From NCBI GenBank assembly GCA_026625185.1, contig CP113000.1, forward strand, positions 1,995,622-2,027,621: a stretch of 32,000 nt of DNA. The letters are read 5' to 3'. Shown in pieces: positions 18,536 to 26,452 of the stretch. The number at the start of each line of letters is the position of its first letter. Position 1 is the stretch's first letter. Made by a program: the position numbers and the translations under genes. The notes under the pieces were generated by a model. That model had not been told where the DNA came from, did not search any database, and saw only the letters and a program-made list of their open reading frames with translations. The DNA is from Thermodesulfobacteriota bacterium. GTDB taxonomy: Bacteria; Desulfobacterota; WTBG01; JAGOGO01.

Positions 18536-18588
18536 AATTCTAAATTCGCCATACACACTAAAAATTGCTCAACGAAATTTAGAAAATG

Positions 18589-18681
18589 CCCTCTTGAGGG
18601 GGTTGTCACGAAGTGACGGGGTGTATTGAGTGTTATTGAGCAATGGATAGAAGAAAACACCCCTAACACCTCTCAAGAGGG
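18589..18681. repeat. nested inverted repeat / candidate structured RNA or MITE remnant
   Basis: Outer 10-bp stem CCCTCTTGAG/CTCAAGAGGG. Inner 7-bp stem GGGGTGT/ACACCCC. A side hairpin GTCAC-gaa-GTGAC is present. The 32-nt loop holds TTGAGCAAT, complementary to ATTGCTCAA at 18564-18572. Confidence 0.5.
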
Positions 18682-18820
18682 AAATTGAGTCTAAATTTGC
18701 CAAGCTCCTCAGAGTTTATGCAAAGAAAAAATTCAGGATATGTGCGCGATAGAATGTTGCATTGTTTTGTGAATTGTCGTTCGGTGTGGAGGGGGCGGAC
18801 ATGATGAAAAATTTGACAGA

Positions 18821-18841
18821 GTGCCAATTAATGATTGGCAC
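18821..18841 (-). terminator. candidate terminator hairpin after the MBL gene
   Basis: GTGCCAAT-taatg-ATTGGCAC (8-bp perfect stem) lies 3 nt past the MBL stop. On the minus strand a T-run (ATTTTT) follows only after 9 nt. Confidence 0.35.
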
Positions 18842-18843
18842 TG

Positions 18844-19812
18844 CTACTTTCCCCTGGAAAAATAATAGTCCTTTTCTCCCTTCTCCTCCCATTCAACCAT
18901 CCCTTTCTCCTTCAAAATTTCCAAGATTCCAAGGATCTTGTATAATCCAAAAATCTTGAAAAGAAGGGATGCATCAGGGAAAAGCTCCCTTACTATTTCA
19001 AAAGGTGTTTTCCTTTCTGAGAGAGACAGAGATACACGATTGATAAGATTCTGGTAATAATCAAAGATGCCTACTATTAATTTTTTAACATCACAAATTT
19101 CTTCTCCATGACCTGGGAAAGCCGTTGAAATATCCAGCTGTTCTATCTTTTTCAAGGATGCTAAGTACTCCTTAAGACCCATATAATGGAAGGGGGGGGA
19201 GCTCCCCACAACGTGCATATCTGGAAAAGGTACCTCATTTTTGATAAGGTGGTCACCTGAAAATAAAATTTTTTCTTTTTGCAGGTAAAAGCAGAGGTGG
19301 CCCGGGGTGTGTCCAGGCGTGTGAATTACTTTTAACATTGTGGATTCAAAAGGTATAACCTCACCTTCCTCTAAGAAAAGGACATCCTCAAGATTATCGG
19401 CAAAGCCCATGGCGGAGATGGCAAGCTTTTCTATGGCATCTACCATGGTTTCTGGACCTCCATTTCTCAAAAAGACATGCCTTCTGAAATCTAAAGAATT
19501 TATGATCCGCTGGAGACCTCCCTGTTCTTCCCTATGAACATACATAGGAGCAGAAGATATAGAAGAAAGCCTCTTTGCGAGGCCATAATGGTCTATATGG
19601 CCGTGGGTGACGAGTATCCTTTCAATAGCAGTAAGGTCGAGACCATAGGCTTTAAGGCCATTTCTCAATGCATCAATAGAGGGTTCGCTTTTGATCCCGG
19701 TATCGATAAGGGTCCGTGGGGGCTCATTGATAAAATATACGTTGATGACACTTGGCTCAGCTTGAGCTGGGGTGTTCTGAAGGCTAATTTTAAATATCTT
19801 ATCGATGAGCAA
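18844..19812 (-). CDS. MBL-fold metallo-hydrolase
   Basis: HxHxDH motif (THGHIDHYG), later HTPGHTPGH and SGDH. TTG start with GGAG 11 nt upstream. Confidence 0.87.
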   Translation of the reverse strand: MLIDKIFKISLQNTPAQAEPSVINVYFINEPPRTLIDTGIKSEPSIDALRNGLKAYGLDLTAIERILVTHGHIDHYGLAKRLSSISSAPMYVHREEQGGLQRIINSLDFRRHVFLRNGGPETMVDAIEKLAISAMGFADNLEDVLFLEEGEVIPFESTMLKVIHTPGHTPGHLCFYLQKEKILFSGDHLIKNEVPFPDMHVVGSSPPFHYMGLKEYLASLKKIEQLDISTAFPGHGEEICDVKKLIVGIFDYYQNLINRVSLSLSERKTPFEIVRELFPDASLLFKIFGLYKILGILEILKEKGMVEWEEKGEKDYYFSRGK

Positions 19813-20127
19813 AATTTATTCTCCGTTACTTTATTACGCTGATCTTAAACGTTTCGGAATTTGTATAACTCATTTAATTCTAATATTTTTTAACAACATC
19901 CTCCTTATACCATACAAATGGAATAATGAAATGTTGGGATAATCTTGGAATGATGAAAGAATGGTCAAAAACGCATAACTTCTATATCTGGATCAAGGGT
20001 TTTGGGATCAATTTTTACTATTCCTTCTTTCTGGTTGTAGTTATAGCTCTATATCTATTCCTAAAACTTATTGCCAGTTTCAAGGTGTCCGGTTAAAAGG
20101 GGGGCTACTTCATAAAGATGATGTTGA

Positions 20128-20250
20128 TTAGACGTGAAATTACAGGAATGGGAGAACTTTTATAACCTTCATCGTCCTCATCGGTTGCACAAAGGTAAAG
20201 GTCCATCTGAAGCCCTCTACGAGAAAATGAAAGCCTTTAAGGATGTTTGA
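20128..20250 (+). pseudogene. 3' fragment of an rve (DDE integrase-core) transposase, an IS scar
   Basis: Translates to LDVKLQEWENFYNLHRPHRLHKGKGPSEALYEKMKAFKDV*, the characteristic C-terminal ...W..FYN..RPH..L.GK.P... tail of IS3/IS481-type transposases. The frame is closed by stops immediately upstream. Confidence 0.6.
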
Positions 20251-20358
20251 CAACCGGTATAGTGGGCCTAACAATTCAGTAATTCTGTTTGATTACAAAT
20301 GGCCGGGTTTTATTTTACTGCCCCTTCAGCAATAAACGGTTTTTCCCTAATTTTCAAT

Positions 20359-21618
20359 CTAACCAGCTTGTACCCGTTGATAGTTTACGTTTTTCTCAAA
20401 GCCTTCAAATCTGAATAAGGGATCATCACAAGTTAATCTTTTTATGCAGTCAAGATGGAACCTGTTGTAAAATGTAGGGTGAAAGAAATCAGTCTCATAA
20501 TTATCAGGTGATACGATTCTGTTTTTGCCCTCATTTTGTAAAATGGAAGACGTTAAAGGGAGGTGCTTGAAAAGACGAATATAAAAATTCAAACCTACAA
20601 CCTTGGGACAAATTTCCCTGAAAAATTGGATATAGGTCTCAACTTGGGGCAACGAATCACCGGGGAAGCCAAATAAAAAGTCAATAGCCAGCTTAATATT
20701 ATACTTTTTTGAATATTCGTTAATCTTTCTTATTACGGCAAAATTCTTTTCCCTGTCCTCCAGAGTATCAACATTTAATGTAATCAGGTAGCACTTTGCC
20801 TCACTCATAAGTTTAATTAAATCCTCATTGAACAGATCGAGCTTCATATAACAGGCCCATTTTAAGGGAAGTTTTTCTTTTATAAGCCTTTTACAAAAGT
20901 TAACGCAATAAGAATAACGGATATTAAACTCACTGTCGCATATATGGAAGTGATTATATCCCTTTTTTACCAGGCAACTCAATTCCTCAATACATAAACT
21001 AATATTTTTCGCCCAATATGGCTTTTCTCTCTCCAAACAGTACGCACATTTTCTGGGGCAGCCTTTTTGCAGTTCAATCCCTAAAATACCGCAATTTTTC
21101 AGATACTTATCATAATCTATCAACTCGCCTCTCCTGTTGTGAGGCAGCCATTCAAAGCCATAATCCCACCCATTTATTAACCTGTAATTTACCTGCCCTT
21201 GCTCAAGATCTTTTAGAATTTTAAGCAAGGCGCCTTCTCCGGGACCAATAACGCCTATATCTCCCCCAAGGTAATTCAATATCTCCATAGGCATGGAAGA
21301 AAAGCCCTGGCCGCCTAAAATAACCGGCGAAGATGCATACTTCTTGATTATAGATATTATCTCATTATATTCCTTCAGAAAAAATTGATTATTAAAATAT
21401 ACGGTGGTATCGACATTCCTTATGGTAATGCCTATAATGTCATACTTCTCGCGCCTGAAAAATCGCCGGACATCATTTTCTACATTTTCACTAAAACACA
21501 AATCTAAAACCGAAACCTCATGCCCGCTTTCCCATAAATGGGTAGCAAGGTATTCAATGGCCATCGGTATCACGGGTGGCTTCTTATATCGATTTGGATT
21601 TACGAGAGCAATCTGCAT
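20359..21618 (-). CDS. radical SAM protein with N-terminal B12-binding-like domain (class B type, 419 aa)
   Basis: N-terminus MQIALVNPN...PMAIEYLATHL.ESGHEV.VLD is typical of cobalamin-binding-domain rSAMs. CxxxCxxC sits in QKGCPRKCAYC. The gene is markedly AT-rich. Confidence 0.85.
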   Translation of the reverse strand: MQIALVNPNRYKKPPVIPMAIEYLATHLWESGHEVSVLDLCFSENVENDVRRFFRREKYDIIGITIRNVDTTVYFNNQFFLKEYNEIISIIKKYASSPVILGGQGFSSMPMEILNYLGGDIGVIGPGEGALLKILKDLEQGQVNYRLINGWDYGFEWLPHNRRGELIDYDKYLKNCGILGIELQKGCPRKCAYCLEREKPYWAKNISLCIEELSCLVKKGYNHFHICDSEFNIRYSYCVNFCKRLIKEKLPLKWACYMKLDLFNEDLIKLMSEAKCYLITLNVDTLEDREKNFAVIRKINEYSKKYNIKLAIDFLFGFPGDSLPQVETYIQFFREICPKVVGLNFYIRLFKHLPLTSSILQNEGKNRIVSPDNYETDFFHPTFYNRFHLDCIKRLTCDDPLFRFEGFEKNVNYQRVQAG

Positions 21619-21703
21619 AAAGTTAACATACCTCCTTAATGTGGTATTTTCTATTTACTCGATTATCTAAAACTTCTACAATCTGCAATAAATATACCAA
21701 GTA

Positions 21704-23077
21704 CTATTCTACTCTTGCAAAATCCGCCAAAAAATGTCTGAGTGTTTTCGGCTCGTACGCAATTTTAAATCCCTTTACCTTATCTTTTTTTTTCGCCACG
21801 TGGATAACCCCCTCGGCAACGAAATCCATATGCCTGTAAGTATATACCCTGCGCGGAACCGCCAGCCTGGTCAATTCCAAACGCGGGTAGTCAGTCTTTC
21901 CGGTAATTTCATCTTTTTTGGCAAACGCAACGGAACCAATTTCAGCGGCCCTCACACCTGCCTCAATATACATTTCAACTACCAGGGTATAAGCCGGAAA
22001 CTGGCTCTGGGGTATACGAGGGAAAACGGACTTTGCATCAATGTATATCCCATGACCGCCCGGCGGCTGCACAATAGGGATGCCTGCATCATCCAGCTTT
22101 TTCCCTAAATAATTTACCTGATCGATTCTGTAAGCAAGATAATCTTCCTCTATGACCTCTTCCAAACCTCGTGCCAGCGCTTCCAGATCTCTTCCAGCCA
22201 TACCTCCATAGGTAATAAAACCTTCAAGCAGTATAAGCAATTCACAGCATTGTTCATACAATTTCTTGTCATTCAAAGCAATAAAGCCGCCGATATTAAC
22301 CAGACCGTCCTTTTTTGCACTCATAATGCATCCATCGGCGTACGAAAACATCTCTCGGACGATATCTTTTACTTCCTTCTCTCCATATCCCGGCTCCCGC
22401 AGCTTTATGAAGTAAGCGTTTTCAGCAAATCTGGCAGCATCTATATACAAGGGAATTCCAAATCCCGACAGCAATTTTCTCGTTCTTCTTAAGTTTTCCA
22501 TGGATACCGGCTGGCCGCCGATAGTGTTGTTGGTTACCGTCATTAAGAAAAACGGTATGTTATCTCGTTGACTTTTTATTAGATTTTCCAATTGTTCAAT
22601 ATTCACGTTTCCTTTAAAGGGGTGATATGTTTTGGGGTCATATGCTTCATCAAGCAATAAATTTACAGCCTTTCCCCCTTTATGTATAATATGAGCCTGC
22701 GTACTGTCGAAATGGGCATTGCCGGGTACAACATCACCCGGTTTAATTAATTGAGAAAAAAGTATGTTTTCCGCCGGCCTACCCTGATGCGTCGGAACCA
22801 CATATTCAAAACCGGTGATTTTTTTAATCACTCTCTCAAGGTTGAAAAAACTCTTGCTTCCGGCGTATGATTCATCGCCTTCCATAATACCCGCCCACTG
22901 GTGGTCGCTCATTGCCGAAGTTCCGCTGTCGGTCAGAAGATCTATGTAAACATCTTCCCCCTTTAAGCGGAATATATTGTAACGGGCTTCCTCCATTTTT
23001 TTTAGACGCTCGTTTTTGGAAATGAGTTTTATTGGCTCCACCACTTTAATTTTGAATGGTTCGACTTTGACCGTCAT
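21704..23077 (-). CDS. tnaA: tryptophanase / tyrosine phenol-lyase family PLP beta-eliminating lyase (specificity residues tryptophanase-like)
   Basis: Full-length similarity by eye to TnaA and TPL: DLLTDSGT.AMS, PTHQGR.AEN, ARFAENAYFIK, PLP-lysine motif SAKKDGLVNIGG, RLAVPRRVYT..HMD and YEPK.LRHF. ATG 23077 is preferred, because the predicted promoter -10 lies only 6 nt upstream of the track's GTG 23128. Confidence 0.9.
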   Translation of the reverse strand: MTVKVEPFKIKVVEPIKLISKNERLKKMEEARYNIFRLKGEDVYIDLLTDSGTSAMSDHQWAGIMEGDESYAGSKSFFNLERVIKKITGFEYVVPTHQGRPAENILFSQLIKPGDVVPGNAHFDSTQAHIIHKGGKAVNLLLDEAYDPKTYHPFKGNVNIEQLENLIKSQRDNIPFFLMTVTNNTIGGQPVSMENLRRTRKLLSGFGIPLYIDAARFAENAYFIKLREPGYGEKEVKDIVREMFSYADGCIMSAKKDGLVNIGGFIALNDKKLYEQCCELLILLEGFITYGGMAGRDLEALARGLEEVIEEDYLAYRIDQVNYLGKKLDDAGIPIVQPPGGHGIYIDAKSVFPRIPQSQFPAYTLVVEMYIEAGVRAAEIGSVAFAKKDEITGKTDYPRLELTRLAVPRRVYTYRHMDFVAEGVIHVAKKKDKVKGFKIAYEPKTLRHFLADFARVE

Positions 23078-23134
23078 TGAGCAAATTTCCCTTTTTTTGT
23101 TTCTTGCTGAAATTACAGCATTCTTCACTGTGGT

Positions 23135-23162
23135 AGTATACTCACTGTTTCTTATTTGTCAA
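23135..23162 (-). promoter_or_regulatory. candidate sigma70 promoter of the lyase-radical SAM pair
   Basis: On the minus strand: TTGACA (23162-23157), 16 nt spacer, TATACT (23140-23135). This leaves a ~50-nt leader to ATG 23077. Confidence 0.5.
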
Positions 23163-23583
23163 CCGAAATAAGCCGTCAATAATGATTTGACGAACTGCCG
23201 GGGTCAATGATAGAAACTTTGTATATTATATTCATCCCTTCAATTAAATTAAAGTCTTGCACTTTTTAATGTGGGTATAAAAAGGCTGTTAACCTATAAT
23301 TGGCTAAAGAAAGCGCACACTTACTCTAACCAAGAAAGGAAAACAGCCCATGAAAATCCAAAATATTTGCGAAAAGGAAAAGGTCGCCTTCCTTAACGTG
23401 TTTCCCACACCATTGCACCGCTTGATTGAACATCCTGTTCTTGAAAGGCATCTTTGGTTATCAAGGCATTGGAGATCTCGTAGGGAAGCACCTCCGGTGA
23501 AACTATTCAGTAGCCAGATGTGCGATCAATAACCCATTTACGAATCAATGTCTTGTGCTCAAAAGATATTTTAACATCTTGAC

Positions 23584-26316
23584 TTATTTTTTCTTCTTCG
23601 TCTTCTTCTCATTGGTAACTGCTGCCTGAGCCGCAGCCAGTCGGGCAATGGGTACGCGGAAAGGCGAACAGCTCACGTAGTTCATTCCCACCCGGTGGCA
23701 GAACTCGATGGACGAAGGGTCTCCCCCGTGTTCACCGCAGATACCAATCTTAAGATCCGGTTTTGTTGACCGCCCTTTTTTCACGCCCATGGCAACCAGC
23801 TCGCCGACACCTTCCTGATCCAGTATCTGAAACGGGTCATGGGGAAGGATATTTTTAGTTAAGTACTCAGGCAAAAACGAGCCGGTATCATCCCGGGAAA
23901 AGCCAATGGTCGTTTGGGTAAGGTCATTGGTTCCAAAAGAGAAAAACTCAGCTTGCTCAGCGATTTTGTCGGCAACCACACACGCTCGCGGAATCTCGAT
24001 CATGGTTCCGATCAGGTAAGGAAACTTTACCTTCATTTCTTTCTGAACTTCCAGGGCCACGCGGGCAACGATCGCTTTTTGATGCGCCAGTTCATTGACC
24101 GACCCAACCAGAGGGATCATGACTTCAGGAAAGACCTTGATTTTTTTTTGGGTGAGTGTAGCCGCGGCTTCAAAAATCGCCCGGGCCTGCATTTCGGAAA
24201 TCTCCGGATAAGTTATCCCCAGGCGGCAGCCACGATGGCCGAGCATGGGGTTAAGCTCATGGAGGTGAGCGATGCGGCTTTCTAATTTAGCCTTGGGTAC
24301 TTCCAGTTCCGCAGCCAGTTCAGTGATCTGTTCGTCATTGAGGCCGACAAACTCATGGAGCGGCGGATCGAGCAACCGGATAGTAACCGGAAGCCCTTTC
24401 ATGGCCTCAAAGATTCCAATGAAATCTTCCCGCTGGTAGGGGAGAAGTTTCATTATCGCTTTGCGGCGGCCTTCTTCGTTTTCCGCTACAATCATTTCGC
24501 GCATGGCTTTGATGCGCTCCGGATCAAAGAACATGTGCTCGGTCCGCGTAAGACCGATTCCTTCGGCTCCGAAGGACCGGGCAATCAAGGCATCCTGCGG
24601 GGTGTCGGCATTGGTGCGGATGCCAAGGGTTCGCACTTCATCCGCCCACTTCATAAGCTGCTTATACTTCTTATTTTGCTCCGGATCCGCCGGAAGCAAG
24701 GGAATCTGTCCCTGGTAAACAACGCCTTTGCTTCCATTAAGCGTTATCCAATCGCCTTCGCTGAGAGTATAATTTTCAACTGATATGGTTTTAGATTCCA
24801 GTTTTATATTCAAGGCCGAGCAGCCTACAATACAACATTTTCCCCAGCCGCGGGCAACCAGGGCTGCGTGGCTCGTCATACCGCCTTTGGCGGTTAAAAT
24901 CGCTTCGGCCGCGTGCATGCCATGGACATCTTCAGGAGAGGTCTCATTGCGGACCAGGATGACTTTTTCTCCTCGCTTGGCCCACTCTTCCGCATCATCG
25001 GCAGTGAAAACAATCTTGCCGGTTCCTGCGCCCGGACCGGCGGGAAGCCCTTTGGCGAGAACATGCCTCTGGGCCTCAGCTTTGGGATCAATCATGGGGT
25101 GGAGAAGTTCATCAATCTGCTGGGGTTTTACCCGCATGATAGCTTCCTTTTTAGAAATCAAACCCGCCTTGCACATATCCACTGCCATTTGGATTGCGGC
25201 GATCCCGTTGCGTTTGCCCACCCTTGTCTGGAGCATCCAGAGCCGTCCTTCCTGGATGGTAAACTCGATGTCCTGCATGTCGCGAAAGTGTTTTTCCAGT
25301 TTCAAACGAATGGTATTAAGGTCTTTGTAAACCCTGGGCATGGCTTCTTCGAGAGAAGGCAGGTGTTGCGTGGCTTCAGTCTTGCCTGCTTTATTGATCG
25401 GCAGAGGGGTTCTGATGCCGGCGACCACATCCTCGCCTTGAGCATTGGGGAGCCATTCGCCGTAAAATTTATTTTCTCCGGTAGCTGGATTGCGCGTAAA
25501 ACCGACACCGGTGGCGGAGGTTTCTCCGGTGTTGCCGAAGACCATTGACTGGACATTTACCGCGGTCCCCCAGTCGTCCGGGATTCCTTCGATCCTGCGG
25601 TAGCTTATGGCTCGTTTTCCGTTCCAGGACTGAAAAACTGCTCCAATGCCGCCCCAGAGCTGTTCGTAGGCATCATCCGGAAAAGGTTTTCCGATAACGT
25701 CGTTGATTTTTGTTTTGAAGATTTCGCACAGTTCTTTGAGATCATCAACCGTCAAGTCGGTATCCTGGGTAACGTTTCGTGCCTGTTTCATGTTTTCCAT
25801 GGCATGCTCTAACTGAAGGCGGATGCCCTTTCCTTCTTCAGGCTCCAGGCCGGCGGCTTTTTCCATGACCACATCCGCATACATCATCATCAGTCGGCGA
25901 TAGGCATCATAAACAAACCGCTCGTTATTGGTTTTGGCAATGAGACCGGGAATGGTCTTGCTGGTCAGCCCGACATTGAGAACCGTTTCCATCATCCCGG
26001 GCATGGAGCTTCGTGCACCCGAACGGACTGAGACCAGCAGGGGATCTTGGGCGTCACCGAAGTTTTTTCCCATCACTTTTTCCACCTTCGTGAGCGCGTT
26101 TTCCACGTCTTTTTTAAGCTCCGGAGGATATTTTTTATTGTTTTTATAGTAGGCAGTGCAAACTTCAGTTGTAATGGTAAACCCTGCGGGAACCGGTATT
26201 TTTAAATTGGTCATTTCCGCCAGATTGGCCCCCTTGCCCCCCAGGAGGTTTTTCATCTCCCCTTTTCCTTCAGCTTTCCCTGCTCCAAAGAAATAGACAT
26301 ATTTTTTCTTAGCCAT
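23584..26316 (-). CDS. ppdK: pyruvate, phosphate dikinase
   Basis: 910 aa. N-terminal ATP-grasp (GGKGANLAEM), phospho-histidine motif GGMTSHAALVARG and PEP-utilising C-terminal motif (GICGEHGGDP). Confidence 0.97.
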   Translation of the reverse strand: MAKKKYVYFFGAGKAEGKGEMKNLLGGKGANLAEMTNLKIPVPAGFTITTEVCTAYYKNNKKYPPELKKDVENALTKVEKVMGKNFGDAQDPLLVSVRSGARSSMPGMMETVLNVGLTSKTIPGLIAKTNNERFVYDAYRRLMMMYADVVMEKAAGLEPEEGKGIRLQLEHAMENMKQARNVTQDTDLTVDDLKELCEIFKTKINDVIGKPFPDDAYEQLWGGIGAVFQSWNGKRAISYRRIEGIPDDWGTAVNVQSMVFGNTGETSATGVGFTRNPATGENKFYGEWLPNAQGEDVVAGIRTPLPINKAGKTEATQHLPSLEEAMPRVYKDLNTIRLKLEKHFRDMQDIEFTIQEGRLWMLQTRVGKRNGIAAIQMAVDMCKAGLISKKEAIMRVKPQQIDELLHPMIDPKAEAQRHVLAKGLPAGPGAGTGKIVFTADDAEEWAKRGEKVILVRNETSPEDVHGMHAAEAILTAKGGMTSHAALVARGWGKCCIVGCSALNIKLESKTISVENYTLSEGDWITLNGSKGVVYQGQIPLLPADPEQNKKYKQLMKWADEVRTLGIRTNADTPQDALIARSFGAEGIGLTRTEHMFFDPERIKAMREMIVAENEEGRRKAIMKLLPYQREDFIGIFEAMKGLPVTIRLLDPPLHEFVGLNDEQITELAAELEVPKAKLESRIAHLHELNPMLGHRGCRLGITYPEISEMQARAIFEAAATLTQKKIKVFPEVMIPLVGSVNELAHQKAIVARVALEVQKEMKVKFPYLIGTMIEIPRACVVADKIAEQAEFFSFGTNDLTQTTIGFSRDDTGSFLPEYLTKNILPHDPFQILDQEGVGELVAMGVKKGRSTKPDLKIGICGEHGGDPSSIEFCHRVGMNYVSCSPFRVPIARLAAAQAAVTNEKKTKKKK

Positions 26317-26452
26317 ACATAACTCCTCTTCAATTTAAAAATAAATAATTGCGAGGCTTAAATCATCAGACAACCGCATATGCGTCCGATTCACGGTAAG
26401 CCCACTCCTTTTTTTCGTGAATTTTACTTCATTAGAAAATCTTCTAACGGGG

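Noticed and set aside
18762-18959. 65-aa + strand ORF
   Set aside because: Its 3' two-thirds are antisense to the C-terminus of the MBL hydrolase. The Pro/Ser-rich tail is typical of a shadow frame.
19926-20096. 56-aa + strand ORF with one hydrophobic helix (FYYSFFLVVVIALYLFLKLIA) just upstream of the transposase fragment
   Set aside because: No SD is present. It lies in what is probably decayed IS DNA. AT-rich sequence readily yields Phe/Leu/Ile-rich pseudo-TM ORFs.
23077-23128. Upstream GTG start of the lyase (extra 17 aa MKNAVISARNKKREICS), or a tnaC-like leader peptide in this segment
   Set aside because: The predicted -10 hexamer ends only 6 nt upstream of that GTG, so it would lack a leader and an SD. 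TnaA and TPL homologues begin near the MTVKVEPFKIK segment. There is no separate short ORF with the conserved Trp of TnaC.
23350-23532. 60-aa + strand ORF between ppdK and the lyase promoter region
   Set aside because: There is only a weak SD-like AAAGGAAA. It is antisense to the flow of both neighbouring genes and shows no domain or compositional signal. I could not find a convincing promoter. It is kept as unresolved, not called.
24355-25548. Several long + strand ORFs (142, 181 and 211 aa, among others) inside the ppdK region
   Set aside because: They are antisense shadows of a full-length, motif-complete ppdK. Their sequences are low-complexity and Arg/Gly/Pro/Ser-rich, with no SDs or recognisable domains.
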